DNA of 63,916 bases, the filler included, from Lenisia limosa (taxonomy: Eukaryota; Protista; Breviatea): assembly GCA_001655205.1 (NCBI GenBank). It is 15 parts of 15 records of this genome, joined end to end, with 100 filler letters (N's around TTAATTAATTAA, not from the genome) between each part and the next. Parts side by side here need not be neighbours in the genome. Positions count along the whole stretch, not along the records: positions 45,424 to 50,716 come from LPNZ01008599.1; positions 50,817 to 51,962 come from LPNZ01004594.1; positions 52,063 to 56,224 come from LPNZ01003033.1; positions 56,325 to 62,562 come from LPNZ01001239.1; 11 more parts are not named here. One strand, 5' to 3'. This document shows positions 47,191-58,828 of this stretch, piece after piece. Position 1 is the stretch's first letter. Each line of letters begins with the position of its first letter. A program made the translations under genes and the position numbers. The notes below the pieces were generated by a model. That model was not told the DNA's origin. It saw nothing but the letters and a program-made list of their open reading frames with translations, and did no database searches.

Positions 47191-50100
47191 ATGAGAACAT
47201 ATACGGTTATTCTATTGCTAATGGCCTGTTGCCTTCAGGTTGGTCTTCTTCTATTGCCCTTGCATGCCTCACTTATACCTATTTTCATCACAATAATCTA
47301 GTAAAGCGGTTGTTTCTTGATCTGTATATGTTATTCACCCATTCCCTCGTCCATTACTCCACCATCGTTACATTCACTCTACAGGTTTTTAATATTAGAC
47401 GGGGTATTCTTTAGTTTTAATATTTTGATTTTTTCTGTTCCAACACCCTTTAATTGAAATGAAGGTGTAAACCAGAGTCAGATACAGCTTTTTGCATATC
47501 ATGTCCATTAGTTCATTCCTTCGTCTGATTTTGCATTTGGGCTGCATTTCTTTCATATGATATACTATCTACTAAAATCTCCCCTTTCCCGAAAAAGACT
47601 TATGAATATCGTTAACGCAAGAAGTATTTCTCCATTGTTTCGAGAAATTCAGTCCTTTCACGCTCCCTCTGGAATAGAGGCAAATACAACTTCATATCTT
47701 AAGATATATTGATGTATTCTGCTGCTTCTTGAAAGTGACACGTTTAGTATGCCATTTCAGGATGCTCGAGACAGAAAAGCAAAGAAGCAACTGAGATCAT
47801 CAAAGAGGTGGGGCATATACATTGGTCAATATTATCAGGACTTATGGTGGTCAGTGTATCTTCTCATCCTTCCATTATCAATGACTAGATTACAGGTATC
47901 AAAAGGTTTTAGTAAACCAAAAAATGTCTAAATAAACATGTACAGTTATGCAATATGATTTCCCTTAGAAAATAGGTCAACACTTATCCCGGTCACTGTA
48001 TCCCTTGTTCGTCCGAACTGTTCATAAAACGTCCATCCAATTGTTCATTTTCTACAATGAAATATTAGTTGAGAGTTCTTTTCGAAACCTATAAAAAATA
48101 ATACAAAATCGGGTGGTGTTATTTTAGGAGGAAATAAAATGTTGGGATTCACAGTATTACCCGTAGCACACTATTACCAAGTTTACATCCGTAGCACATT
48201 ATGCCAATCGTCCATGAACTTGCTCCCAACTACGAATTACCGGATAACTGTCCATTGTCTCCCTCCAGAAACAAGTTCGCTACACAAGGTTGGTTGGACT
48301 ACTAGTAGGGCTTAGCAAGGTGCAATCATGTAAAGTAGAACTAGCTTTGCACGATTTGATTCATGGATATTGGGGATTCATGGAAATTGGGGATTCATGG
48401 ACATTGGGGATTCATGGACATTTGGTATCTAGCCAGAAAAAGAATGAGGCTCGAGATACACCCTCTAAAACCCCGACCTTTATCAATGACCCCTTAGAAT
48501 CCGGGATCCGAAGAGAGCAGAAGCGGATAGTGTGCGGCGAATGCGGCAAGGCCTTCCGCAGTGAGGAATATATGTACCAGCACCTGGACCGACGGCATCC
48601 CGTGCATGTGGGGGGGGGGTGGAACGGAATGGAAAATTTGGTGGGTTGGAGGAGCAATGGAATCTGGTGGGTTGGAGGAGCAAAAGAATAAAAAAACAAA
48701 AAATCACAAATCAACTCTGTTAGCCAAACATTATGAAGGGGGGGGGGNNNNNNNNNNNNNNNNNNNNNNNNNNNNNAGATGTGTTTTTTTCAATAATTTG
48801 TTGACATTTCCCTGTTCAACCAGCTGACCTTCCCCATTAGGATGGTTCCTGTTTAGCAGACCTCTGTCCGAGCCTTCATTGCGACACCATCAACTCTGAA
48901 AGGAACGACGAAGTGGAGGTATGGGGTAATTTTTCGGGCTTCACTTCGGTATTTTTTGAACCGAAGTGAAGCCCTAGGTATAACAAATAGCTTTTTTTTT
49001 TTTCTCTAAACTGATCACCTGTGGACCCCTTCGAACCCTGTTTTCGTCCTTCAATGTCACTTTCTCAACTATGCCATTTTGATTTTATAATATCCTTAGG
49101 CACTTGCTTGCCAACCAGAGGTTATGATGAAGAAGAGGCTCGCATGCTCATTGCTACTTCGAAGGGTATATGGGGTATCGAAATTCTATTTGGACACGCA
49201 AAGATCGATAAACCACCAGAGGACTATGTTGTAAGTTCTCTTTCACCTCCCTCTTGATTGTTGTAATTTTCCTAACATCTTCCCTAGTGTTTTCCCGATG
49301 ACGTTGCAGAGGTCTCAGCTATATATGGTTGGTAGGGCTTCAACACCTGAACATAACGATGGGAATGATGTTGAAGCAATCGTCTCTATTAAAACCACAC
49401 CATTTCCTCATTTACATATGATATACAGTACGGGATAAGTCTTGACCGATTTGCTCTATGAAATCAGCCAAGACTTATCCCTGTCACTGTAAATATGTTA
49501 CTCACGCCATAATCAACTCTCTGACCAACACTTTTTCTAATCGTCCCAACTCTCTTTTTCTATTCAACAACTTTCTATTTCGCTGCAAAATCTCTCTTTT
49601 TCAATTTAGTAATCGCAACATTGATATTCATACTACCTCCCTTATTCCGTGTAGAGCGACTGCATCATTTATTCTGCGCTACTCTTGACTGCTTCTCGAC
49701 ACCCCTCTACGCAAATGTGTGTGGGGTAATGTTCAATTGATGGGTGATACGCAGAGATTCCCTGCGGTCTGAATTTCTCGATAAATCCTCGATAAATATC
49801 GATATTTAAACGATCTTTTTCGGACCGTAGGGAGCCCCAGTGATACGCCTCAAACAGATACGCCAATCCAATTGTCCTGACGTTATTTCTCTTATCCCCT
49901 CCCCAGCCGCCCTTCTATGAGTCTTATTGGTTTGGTTTCAGTATTATCGCCCTCATTGGAGGACTCTACTTCTTCGTGATATACCTGCTGGAGTCGTGGG
50001 AGGGTTTAGCTCGGTTCCAGATGAAGTGGAATTTTGGGAGACTTTTGTATTATTGAGGTTTTGTTGGCTTGTTCTACTGATACAAGCATACTGTATGGTC

Positions 50101-50331
50101 ATTCACAAATAATATGATATATATATCATATGATATCATATGTATGTTCACTATTATAATGTAACTAGTATATCATATGTATGTTCACTATTAAATGTAG
50201 CTAAAATATCATATTGTATTGTGTCTATGAAGTACCCACAGATGAAGTCCTTTCCATTCCTCATTTACTGAAACAGAGGGGCTTTGGAAGTTGGGGACGT
50301 GGATGTAGATGAACCGCTGAGTACTAGGTAA
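47191..50331 (+). CDS. Signal peptide + C2H2-like zinc finger + C-terminal TM protein (resembles the plant At5g63280/At5g40710-type family)
   Basis: MRTYTVILLLMACCLQ; GCSRQKSKEATEIIKE; MPIVHE..YELPDNCPLSP; CGECGKAFRSEEYMYQHLDRRH; CLADLCPSLHCD; CFPDD; TM FSIIALIGGLYFFVIYLL. The plant-family similarity is from recalled motif order. Confidence 0.72.
48936..48974. mobile_element. Minimal 39-bp family B hairpin
   Basis: gggcttcacttcggt-attttttga-accgaagtgaagccc|TA; perfect 15-bp arms. Confidence 0.7.
49426..49489. mobile_element. Family E MITE
   Basis: TA|cagtacgggataagtcttgacc...gccaagacttatccctgtcactg|TA. Confidence 0.75.
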
Positions 50332-51019
50332 AGTGGGGGCAAAGTTAGGGTGACTCGGCGTCGGCGTGATAGTACCTTGTTTTCTTTCATTTCTACATCT
50401 AATGGAGTAGTATTTCCATCACCGTTATCACGCACATCTAGTTTGATGATATCAGATGCATTAAATTTGAATACTCAATATCCCATATAAACGTGATGGT
50501 GAAGGCGGCTTCGGCCAGATATTTTATTGTCTCTATTTTCATTACTTTTTTTGGGGAAAACAATACGGATTCATTGCCCTTTTTCTTTTCCTCTCAATCT
50601 GCTTAACTCATTACATTGCCCTTTTTCTTTAATTCTCAATCTGCTGAACTCTTTTTTTCTGCACCTTTTTTTTTTCTTCTATTTTACCCCCCCCCCCTTC
50701 CCCATACTGTAGTGATNNNNNNNNNNNNNNNNNNNNNNNNNNNNNNNNNNNNNNNNNNNNTTAATTAATTAANNNNNNNNNNNNNNNNNNNNNNNNNNNN
50801 NNNNNNNNNNNNNNNNTAATAATAATAAAATAACTCAAGGTAAACTATTTTCAGAAAATACATGTTTTGATGAGGGTTTGAAAACAAAAAAAAACACAGA
50901 TATTGCATTATAATTACTATATCATATGTATAGCCAGAGGTTCGAGACTCCAAAGCAGAAAAATAGAAACAGACAAAATAAGTGTCAAAAGTAAAAAGCA
51001 GAGGAGGGGAGGGGCACAT

Positions 51020-51962
51020 AATCTCCAAGCAAGTATTCCAGCTACCTATGAAAAGGGACTCTGCGAGTGTAGGCTTGGAACCTGGATGTATAAGGGGCGA
51101 TGGCTTAGTTTTGAATGTACAAGGGACACAAATCACAGGTTACAGCTCTTTTTATCTTTCTACCGAGCCAGATTTTAATTTTGCCTGATTTCATAGAACT
51201 CACCATGCGGTCGATGTTTCACGACTTGAAGTCTGCCTTTCTCGTAGAACAGCCAACAGAGAGCACTAAACGGTTACGCGACAATATTCCACTCCGATAG
51301 TCGATAACAAACCAATGCAATATCCCTACACTTTGTAATAACATGCAAATCATATTTTACTAACCACGCTATACAGGAGTTTCTTCCAAACACTCCATTA
51401 AAGAGTAACAAACACGTTGCGACCAATCAAGCCGCAAACCTGAACGGAACATCCCGCCAAAGCGTCGGAGCCAAACCGCGCCACAATCCTGGAAGGCCAC
51501 GCCGGCTCACTGTCTGCTGGATCACGTCCCGGAAGCCGCCATAAGCGGTGGGTGACGTTCCCTGGGNNNNNNNNNNNNNNNNNNNNNNNNNNNNNNNNNN
51601 NNNNNNNNNNNNNNNNNNNNNNNNNNNNNNNNNNNNNNNNNNNNNNNNNNGAACCAATTTTTGCATGGTATGTAAGGGCTTCACTTCGGTTCAAAAAAAG
51701 ACTGAATTTCTCGATAAATCTTCGAAAATTTTTATTGGTCATTTTCGAACCAAAGTGAAGCTCTAATGGTATGTCTCTCGAAGAGATTATTGGGAACAAA
51801 GTGAAGCTCCACTCCCCGAAAAAGCCTGGTAAAATCTCGATATATTCAAAGATTATCGAGACATTCAGAGCCTTGCTAAGACCTTCATACCTGCATATTT
51901 GTTCTGACGTATTCGAGGGGTGATGTCAAGGTCACGCTGATTGCCCGAGCCAAGGCACCACT
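51020..51962 (-). CDS. SLC25A39: Mitochondrial carrier SLC25A39/40 (Mtm1)-like, partial
   Basis: SGALARAISVTLTSPLEYVRTNMQ, GLPGLWRGLAPTLWRDVPF(S) and ALCWLFYEK fit the SLC25A39/40 subfamily signature. Confidence 0.88.
51676..51763. mobile_element. Family B MITE in carrier intron
   Basis: gggcttcacttcggttc...gaaccaaagtgaagctc|TA with the TCGATA core. Confidence 0.75.
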
Positions 51963-52069
51963 NNNNNNNNNNNNNNNNNNNNNNNNNNNNNNNNNNNNNN
52001 NNNNNNTTAATTAATTAANNNNNNNNNNNNNNNNNNNNNNNNNNNNNNNNNNNNNNNNNNNNCAGTAAG

Positions 52070-55000
52070 TCAGCCGTAAAATGAGGGCAAAACAAACCTA
52101 AGGGAGACAAAGCAGCTTCCATAGCCAAAAAGAAGGAAGAGCAAAGGGAACAGTATCAGCATCAGCCTTCCGGATCGGAATACCATTTTTTGTGTTTTTG
52201 TTGCGCAAGCTACTATGTGCAATCTTCTGTATGTGATCAAAAAGTAATAAATATCCCCAATATCCCCAATATCCCCTGAGAGCAATTTCGTAATTTCCAA
52301 TTTTCCACTGTTTTTGGTCTGGGGAAGGAAATTTATAAATAGGAATTTTTGATTTGGCNNNNNNNNNNNNNNNNNNNNNNNNNNNNNNNNNNNNNNNNNN
52401 NNNNNNNNNNAAAAGGGCTTTTTCAATGTTGGTACCAGTTCTTGCACCTGTCCTTGGCTGGAGATAGCAGTGCGACAAATGATAACATTGCTGAATTAAT
52501 GTCTCAGAGCAAACAAAAATACATTCTATCACATAAAACACACATCAAGAGAAAGAAAAAAAAACCAAAAACATCAATAATATAATTAATTAACCATCAA
52601 GACACAAACACCCAAGGCGGCAAACATCAATCTAAAGAGGGGAATTTGAAAGAAGACTTGATGTTTCGTTCTCCAACACCTGAAGGGTTACGTAAGTTAT
52701 GACAAATGACATTGAATAAGATACACTTTGTCAACAAACCTCAACCCTAGCTCGTAATGCATCAATTGCCTCGTGAAGAGCCTAAAACATCAGACACCAT
52801 GTATGTACCAATGAAACCGAGGAGAAATGAAACAGTCATGAGTGGTCGTAAGAGAGATTATGTGTGTAAGTAGTGGAGAGGGGTACATGTCATTGAGCAC
52901 ATCAAATAAATATCGATATGTGTGTACTATATGATATATACTACGATATGTATGTGCATGTCTGGGTAGTATGCTCTAAAAGCCCATGCAAACTTCATTT
53001 TCTGCGAAGACTGCCTGAAGAGCTGAGCCAACGTTGCTGGCTGGAGGTTGCTGGTTGATTTTGTCGAATCCGTTTTGGATCATTTTCACCGCTTCGAAAG
53101 GCTGAAAAGTCATCACACTCTAGACAAACGGAGGTGCTAAAAAAAAGGTCTAACATATCCACAAGGCCCCGTTCCTACATTGGAAGGCAGCTTTGAGAGC
53201 AACTCACGCCGTCTCTCAGCAAGGTGTGAGAGGTCAGAGGGGGACTACAAGTCAGATACCACAGAGGCAACAATAGGGATAGGATGAAATGAACAATTCT
53301 TCAGGATGAAAGATATCAAAACAATTGTGTTAAGCCCTACAAATAATCAACTCCATACCATATCTGGAATTGTGGATATGGAGTTGGCGGTGACGGAGCG
53401 GTGCGAACTCGAATCTGCAAATGACTCCTAATTGCGTCAGAGGTAAATAAAGCAAACGCGGAATATATCATATGTACAGTGACCGAGATAAGACTTGACC
53501 AATTTTTAGGGGAACCACATAACAAATCGGTCAAGACTTATCCTTGTCACTGTATATTCCAAAGGGTGCAAACAAAATAAAAAACTCAGATAATTAGGGA
53601 GAAAACAACTGGACAAAGTGGGGAAGGGAGAAAACAACTGGATTGAGTGAGCAGGCAAAACATAGTATGGTTAGGAAGGAGTTGATGCCCCACAAGATCT
53701 TGCTGCTTCTTTTTTGACTTTTTGATCGCCTTCTTTTGCCACTTGCTGACAGAACTGGAAAGAACTGGTACAACCTAAAAGAGTAACTTAGGAAAGGCAA
53801 CAAAGTTACAAGATGTTATCGAAATAAAAGAATGTAGAAACGGGAAATAAATAGAATCACAAGACGTGAAACCCCCAGCACCTGAGATGCAAAACATGAC
53901 CCTCCAGGTGAGTCAATCTGAAAGGATCAACAAAAAGAGGAACGACACGGGAAACAAGCGATGGAGATGTGTAAGCATTCCGTGGCTTCTGTCAGAACAA
54001 ACCTTGAAAACTCTATCCAGGCCTTTCTCTTCAATATCTCCCGAGCAGTGATCTCCGGATTCAACCCGCATAAAGGATGATTTCACCTATCGGGTTACAA
54101 TGGTGTCAGTTTTCACATCTCAAAAAAAAAAAAACAGAAAATAAGAAAATAAAGAAGAAAAACAAGACAATCTCGGTTCATGTCAGGCCTACCATCGGAT
54201 CCATCATTGTTGAGGCGGAAGCCAGGACAGACCACGGCTTGGCATGGGTCTGCAAGAGGGTGGCTCCGGTCACTGCTGGTCCTGGGGGATTAATACGAGG
54301 AGATGGACAGTATTTAGGCTAAATGAAAAGAAACGTAAATAATCAATTCGCGACGATTAACTCTTCATGATGGTTACATAATAAATATTAACAGTATATT
54401 TGTGTCCCACCAGTAAGCGTGTAGATAGGAGCTTGGCTGCTGAGAATGATGGCACTGGCTGAGTCCGAACAAACCGCTGCGGAAGCCTGGGGAAATGAGC
54501 CGCTCTTACAACTTTTGGGTAATATGGAGATACCATTTTAACCATCCATAATAACCTCCCAAAACAAGTCCACCCCCTTTGACTGTCTCTCATGTGATCA
54601 AATATTATTTCTTGAGTATTACGAGTTGTAGAAAAATAAAAGTAATTTCCTCGAACCTCCATATGATGGATTGCCTTGCCTTTTTTGCTGCTCTTTTTGA
54701 GGGCTATGGCATTGACAAACCGAAGCATCTAAACGACAATGAAAACTGCCTTTGTAACATTGAAATCCCTAGCTTATTGACAACAACACAACCTTCTATC
54801 ATAATACGACATTCAAACCGATGACAGAACCCTCAGTTCACCCCTTGTATATCACATGTAGTCTTCGTCGCATGCATCCCACCTCAATGAGTTTGGTGGC
54901 CGCCATGACAGCAGTGAACGCTGCGTTATCCGTGTTGGACCCTGGAAGGCCAAAAACGGCCATGATTTGAGGTAGTGTCATTCGGAGCCTTCGGAGTGAG

Positions 55001-55830
55001 AAAAGTGCCTTGATAGGCTGTTCTGAGCATTTGTGGGTGACAGAGTAATAAAACTGCCAGAAGGCACATTATACAAAACACAACAAAACACAGAGCTGGC
55101 AATACCTGCCTATCCCATAATGCAGTAAATCGATTATTGTGAATATCAGAAATCAACAAACCCCGTGTCATCTCTCTCCCACCGATATCCATCTCCCTCC
55201 ACTACAACAGCCTCGACCTTAGCCACGAGGTCTTCCAACACCCGCGTGCCAATATCGGGGCCAAGAGCAGATATGACCTGGATGATGAAGTCGGCATTTT
55301 AATGGAATCAACGGTGACGGATCCAATGAGTAATGGACGTTAAAAGGCACTGAGAGAAGCATAACATAAACGCTAACACTGGGAAGGCCTAAGCATTGGA
55401 TGTACACCACTGAGCACGATGTAATTACGTCAATGGGGCTGTCTATTCCGGCAGAGGACGAGAGAAGTCGGCTGGTATTGTTAAAATTGGAAAAGTTATG
55501 AAACAAAAAAAAACCCAAATCAACTCTGTTGGCTGAAAACACACGAGGGTTGAGACCAACAAAACAAACAAAGCCTAGGCTAGTCGCATCACTCCGTAAG
55601 AGGCAATCGGATGCTTGGAAAACACAAGAAAAATTGTGGCTCAGGTGGGGGGCGGGGGTAAAAGTGAAATGCCATAAAATTGCAAAAAAAAAAATCCCTG
55701 CCTGTTCTCCATCTGAAACTAAACACAAAGCAAACTAACCCCACCCACGGTACAGTATATGCTGGGTATGAGCCCAGAATGAGATCAATTGCGTTGTCAT
55801 GGTATTTCTTCGTATCCTAGAGAGTCAGGA
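52070..55830 (-). CDS. Large multi-exon uncharacterised protein
   Basis: More than 12 GT-AG-bounded open exons, e.g. VISALGPDIGTRVLEDLVAKVEAVVVEGDGYRWERDDTG; PIKALFSLRRLRMTLPQIMAVFGLPG; FEAVKMIQNGFDKINQQPPASNVGSALQAVF. No confident family. Confidence 0.5.
53477..53552. mobile_element. Family E MITE (best copy), Tc1-related TIR
   Basis: TA|cagtgaccgagataagacttgacc...ggtcaagacttatccttgtcactg|TA; 24-bp TIR with 20/24 matches. Confidence 0.85.
55472..55592 (-). repeat. Family C introner-like element spanning a complete GT-AG intron (121 nt)
   Basis: Minus strand gtgatgcgactagcctaggc...cagccaacagagttgatttggg...ttttccaattttaacaataccag. Removing it joins SIRLPLT to DRLLSSSAGIDSPID in frame. Confidence 0.78.
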
Positions 55831-55919
55831 CCACAGCTGCTTTAGGATCTTAAAGAGTCAGGACCACAGCTTTGGGCTCGTGATGATCTGGGCAGAGGTC
55901 TAAGGATATGCTGATCCTA

Positions 55920-56016
55920 GGGATACCCTTACAGTTCTAAAAATACTGAATTTCTCGATAAATCCTTGGTAAATATCGATATTTGACCGTTCTTTTTTTG
56001 GAGCGTAGGGAAGCCC
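55920..56016. mobile_element. Family B MITE, diverged
   Basis: TA|gggataccctt...ctgaatttctcgataaat...atcgatatttgacc...cgtagggaagccc. Confidence 0.65.
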
Positions 56017-56087
56017 AAGCTGCACCTTGGTCAGACATTAATCCCCCAACCTTTTGAACCAAAAATTCGAACCTCAGCTCCATTTCA

Positions 56088-56224
56088 GAAAATGACCTAG
56101 GGGAATGAACAAAAAGGAAAATGACCTAGGGGAATGAACAAAAAGGAAAATGACCTAGGGGAAAGAACAAAAAGGAAAATGACCTAGGGGAATGAACAAA
56201 AAGGAAAATGACCTAGGGGAATGA
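56088..56224. repeat. Minisatellite, 29-bp unit gaaaatgacctaggggaatgaacaaaaag
   Basis: About 4.7 tandem units running into the scaffold end. Confidence 0.9.
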
Positions 56225-56554
56225 NNNNNNNNNNNNNNNNNNNNNNNNNNNNNNNNNNNNNNNNNNNNTTAATTAATTAANNNNNNNNNNNNNNNNNNNN
56301 NNNNNNNNNNNNNNNNNNNNNNNNGCCGGTAGGAGGGGGGTCTGCTAAAAATCCAATCAACTAACCTCTGCTAATATTGCATCAACTTTGCCTCCCTCCT
56401 AGAAAAATCAATGAAAAAATCTGATAAGACGAGAAATCAACTTAAGAGTTGATAACATATCAGAAGAAAAGGAAAAGTGTAAATGATAATATATATTATA
56501 TGAGATCATATATATAGTATTAAGAACTATATCATATGTAGTAATTCCAAATTA

Positions 56555-58456
56555 TACCCTCCCCCAACAATATCAGCTCGAGCTGTACAAGCCGAAAGTC
56601 CCTCATAGCACCCAGCAGTCCACAGCACGTCATGGTTGGAGATGGCTGCCCCAATGGCCTCGGCGTACCTTTTCGCGTGAGAGGGTCCTATTATGAAATG
56701 CTCCGAATCAGCTCACAACTATCAATCTGGCTTCACAACTCTCACCCCCCCCCCCTCACCAGAGTGCCGCATCTTTCCATGCGCCAAGCAAGAGGAAATG
56801 ATCAGCATGAAGCTTCGAGACCCTGGACTTTTGCCTCTGTTTGATGTTGTCTTCTCTGGCGAGGGGGTGGGAGGTGAAAGGAATAATGCATAACAAAAAG
56901 AAACCACCTTAACACAGATTGTAAAAACAAAATCCGACCCACGAGAGTTTTTCAAAGGGTAGATGGATTTTGAGTTTGTTTTGTCCCCGAATCTGAAGAC
57001 ATGTGAGATGAATTGAAAGGCCACAAGTACATTGTACAAAATAACATTATATTGCCATCCCAACAAAAATATATATCATATGATATACATATAAAAAACG
57101 AGACATCATAAAACTATGCCGGATGTGATTATTTTCCTTGAGGAGGAAGCAGCAGAACACTATCCACTTTGGCTCTAACAACAGAAGTTATGATAAAACC
57201 AGTTTAACATGTCACATCATTGTACTGAAGTGAATTCCCACCACTGAGCAAAGATTGGCAATAATGACTCCAGATAGCTCAGTCAGGAGTGTTTGGAGAT
57301 GGGTTTTTTCCTGGCCACTGGGAATTTCAAATATCTAGATCAGTGAAATTGCAAACTAAAAAGAGTGAATTCGCTCTGAATATTAGGGCTACACTGGTGA
57401 TCATATTACTTGCAGTCTCAAAGAAATTTTCAAATACAATCCCCCCCCCCCTCTAACATCAGATTTACTGGAGACTTCAGGGTCACATTCAAAGGTTAAG
57501 CATATTCGGCTTTTTGTTGACGGGAATCGTGATGTGCAGAGCTGTTACAGAGATGAGATATAATTGAAAAACCCCCTCTCCAATCCCATTGAACATATCA
57601 GACTAACCTCGTTAAAAACAGAGGAGATGGAGGTGAACGACGAGCATGACGGGTAGTGTGCAATGCCGATAACCTGTGAGGGTATGAGAGCGAACCCATA
57701 TCTTTTGCTAAACATTTTATACGCAAATGAGCGACAAAGAAGAAAAAACAAACAAACAAAAACAAACAAACAAACAGACAAGACAATAATAATAAAAAAA
57801 ATCTCATCAACTTAAACAAATGCAACTTAAGTTAATCACTTACCTTACTGTATGTACACTGACCACTATAAGCCCTGACACGGATATTGAGATTTATCAT
57901 TAGTCAATCATCATATACCCCCCCTCCATACGGCAGAGATCTTGCGGTAAGGCTGAAAAAGAGCCCAGTCACCCGGGTCGGTCGGCGATGTGTGGTATCG
58001 GAAGTGCAAGCTTCCGACATCCCATGAGGACTGACGGAACACAGCGGCTGAAAGGTGGGAAGTGGCAGATCAATGATTATTAACTGTTTTTGGGAAACAG
58101 TTGAAATAGCGAAAGAGAAAATTATTTTAATATCAAACTATATCACGACACTTTGTGACTGTCATGTTGTCACCCACGTACCTTCTTTCTTGATGGCCGG
58201 TGTGGGTGTGATGGAGTCCTTTCTGATAGTGGTGTATTCAGCAATGAACGCAGCGTACTCGGAAAACAAGTGACTGGGTATATCGCCTAAACTGTGTCAG
58301 AAAGGGAAACACTCACCCAATAGAAATGAGCTATTTTCACCATCTATACACAGCTACTTGGAAACACAGCCGCCAACCGATTGGTATCAGCGCAATGTTG
58401 ATTCTACCAAGATCATGGATGGAGGCGTCCATCGCCACTGAAGGCATAGAACCCAT
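56555..58456 (-). CDS. TRAPPC9: TRAPP II subunit Trs120/TRAPPC9, N-terminal exons
   Basis: LGRINIALIPIG, GDWALFQPYRKISA|VIGIAH and QKSRVSKLHADHFLLLGAWKDAAL(W)YAEAI...HDVLWTAGCYEGLSAC are collinear with TRAPPC9 (WGDFQTHRKVVG; GRMRKHVGDLCLQAG...DFLWLGAALEGL). Confidence 0.85.
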
Positions 58457-58828
58457 GTTGAAAAGTGTTTCAAAATCAGTTCTCGTATTTTTTGCTTTTG
58501 TGCTGCATCCGGAATTCGCTGTAGGGTCTCAGACTATTGACAAAAGAGGAAGAAAGTTGAGTCTTTCTTTGACCTTATAGACATCTTCTCCTCCTTTATC
58601 TGTATGTTTAAATCTTACGAACGTAGAAGAGCTGATTTAGGATGGAACTTGAATCTGCTTGGATGGAACCCTGATCAGAATTTTTTTAAAAAAAAATTTC
58701 ATGGGTGGTTGTCTGGTTGTCTTCTGCTCCTTTTTTTTTCATTATCCTCAGTCTGCAATCATCATCATTTGATTGACCATCCATCATTCATCCATAGAAG
58801 AATAATGGCGCCAATCTAAGAGTCAGAA

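Noticed and set aside
55430-55470. LLSSSAGIDSP resembling the ThiI/PP-loop SGGIDS motif
   Set aside because: Flanking exons show no PP-loop ATPase features; a chance match.
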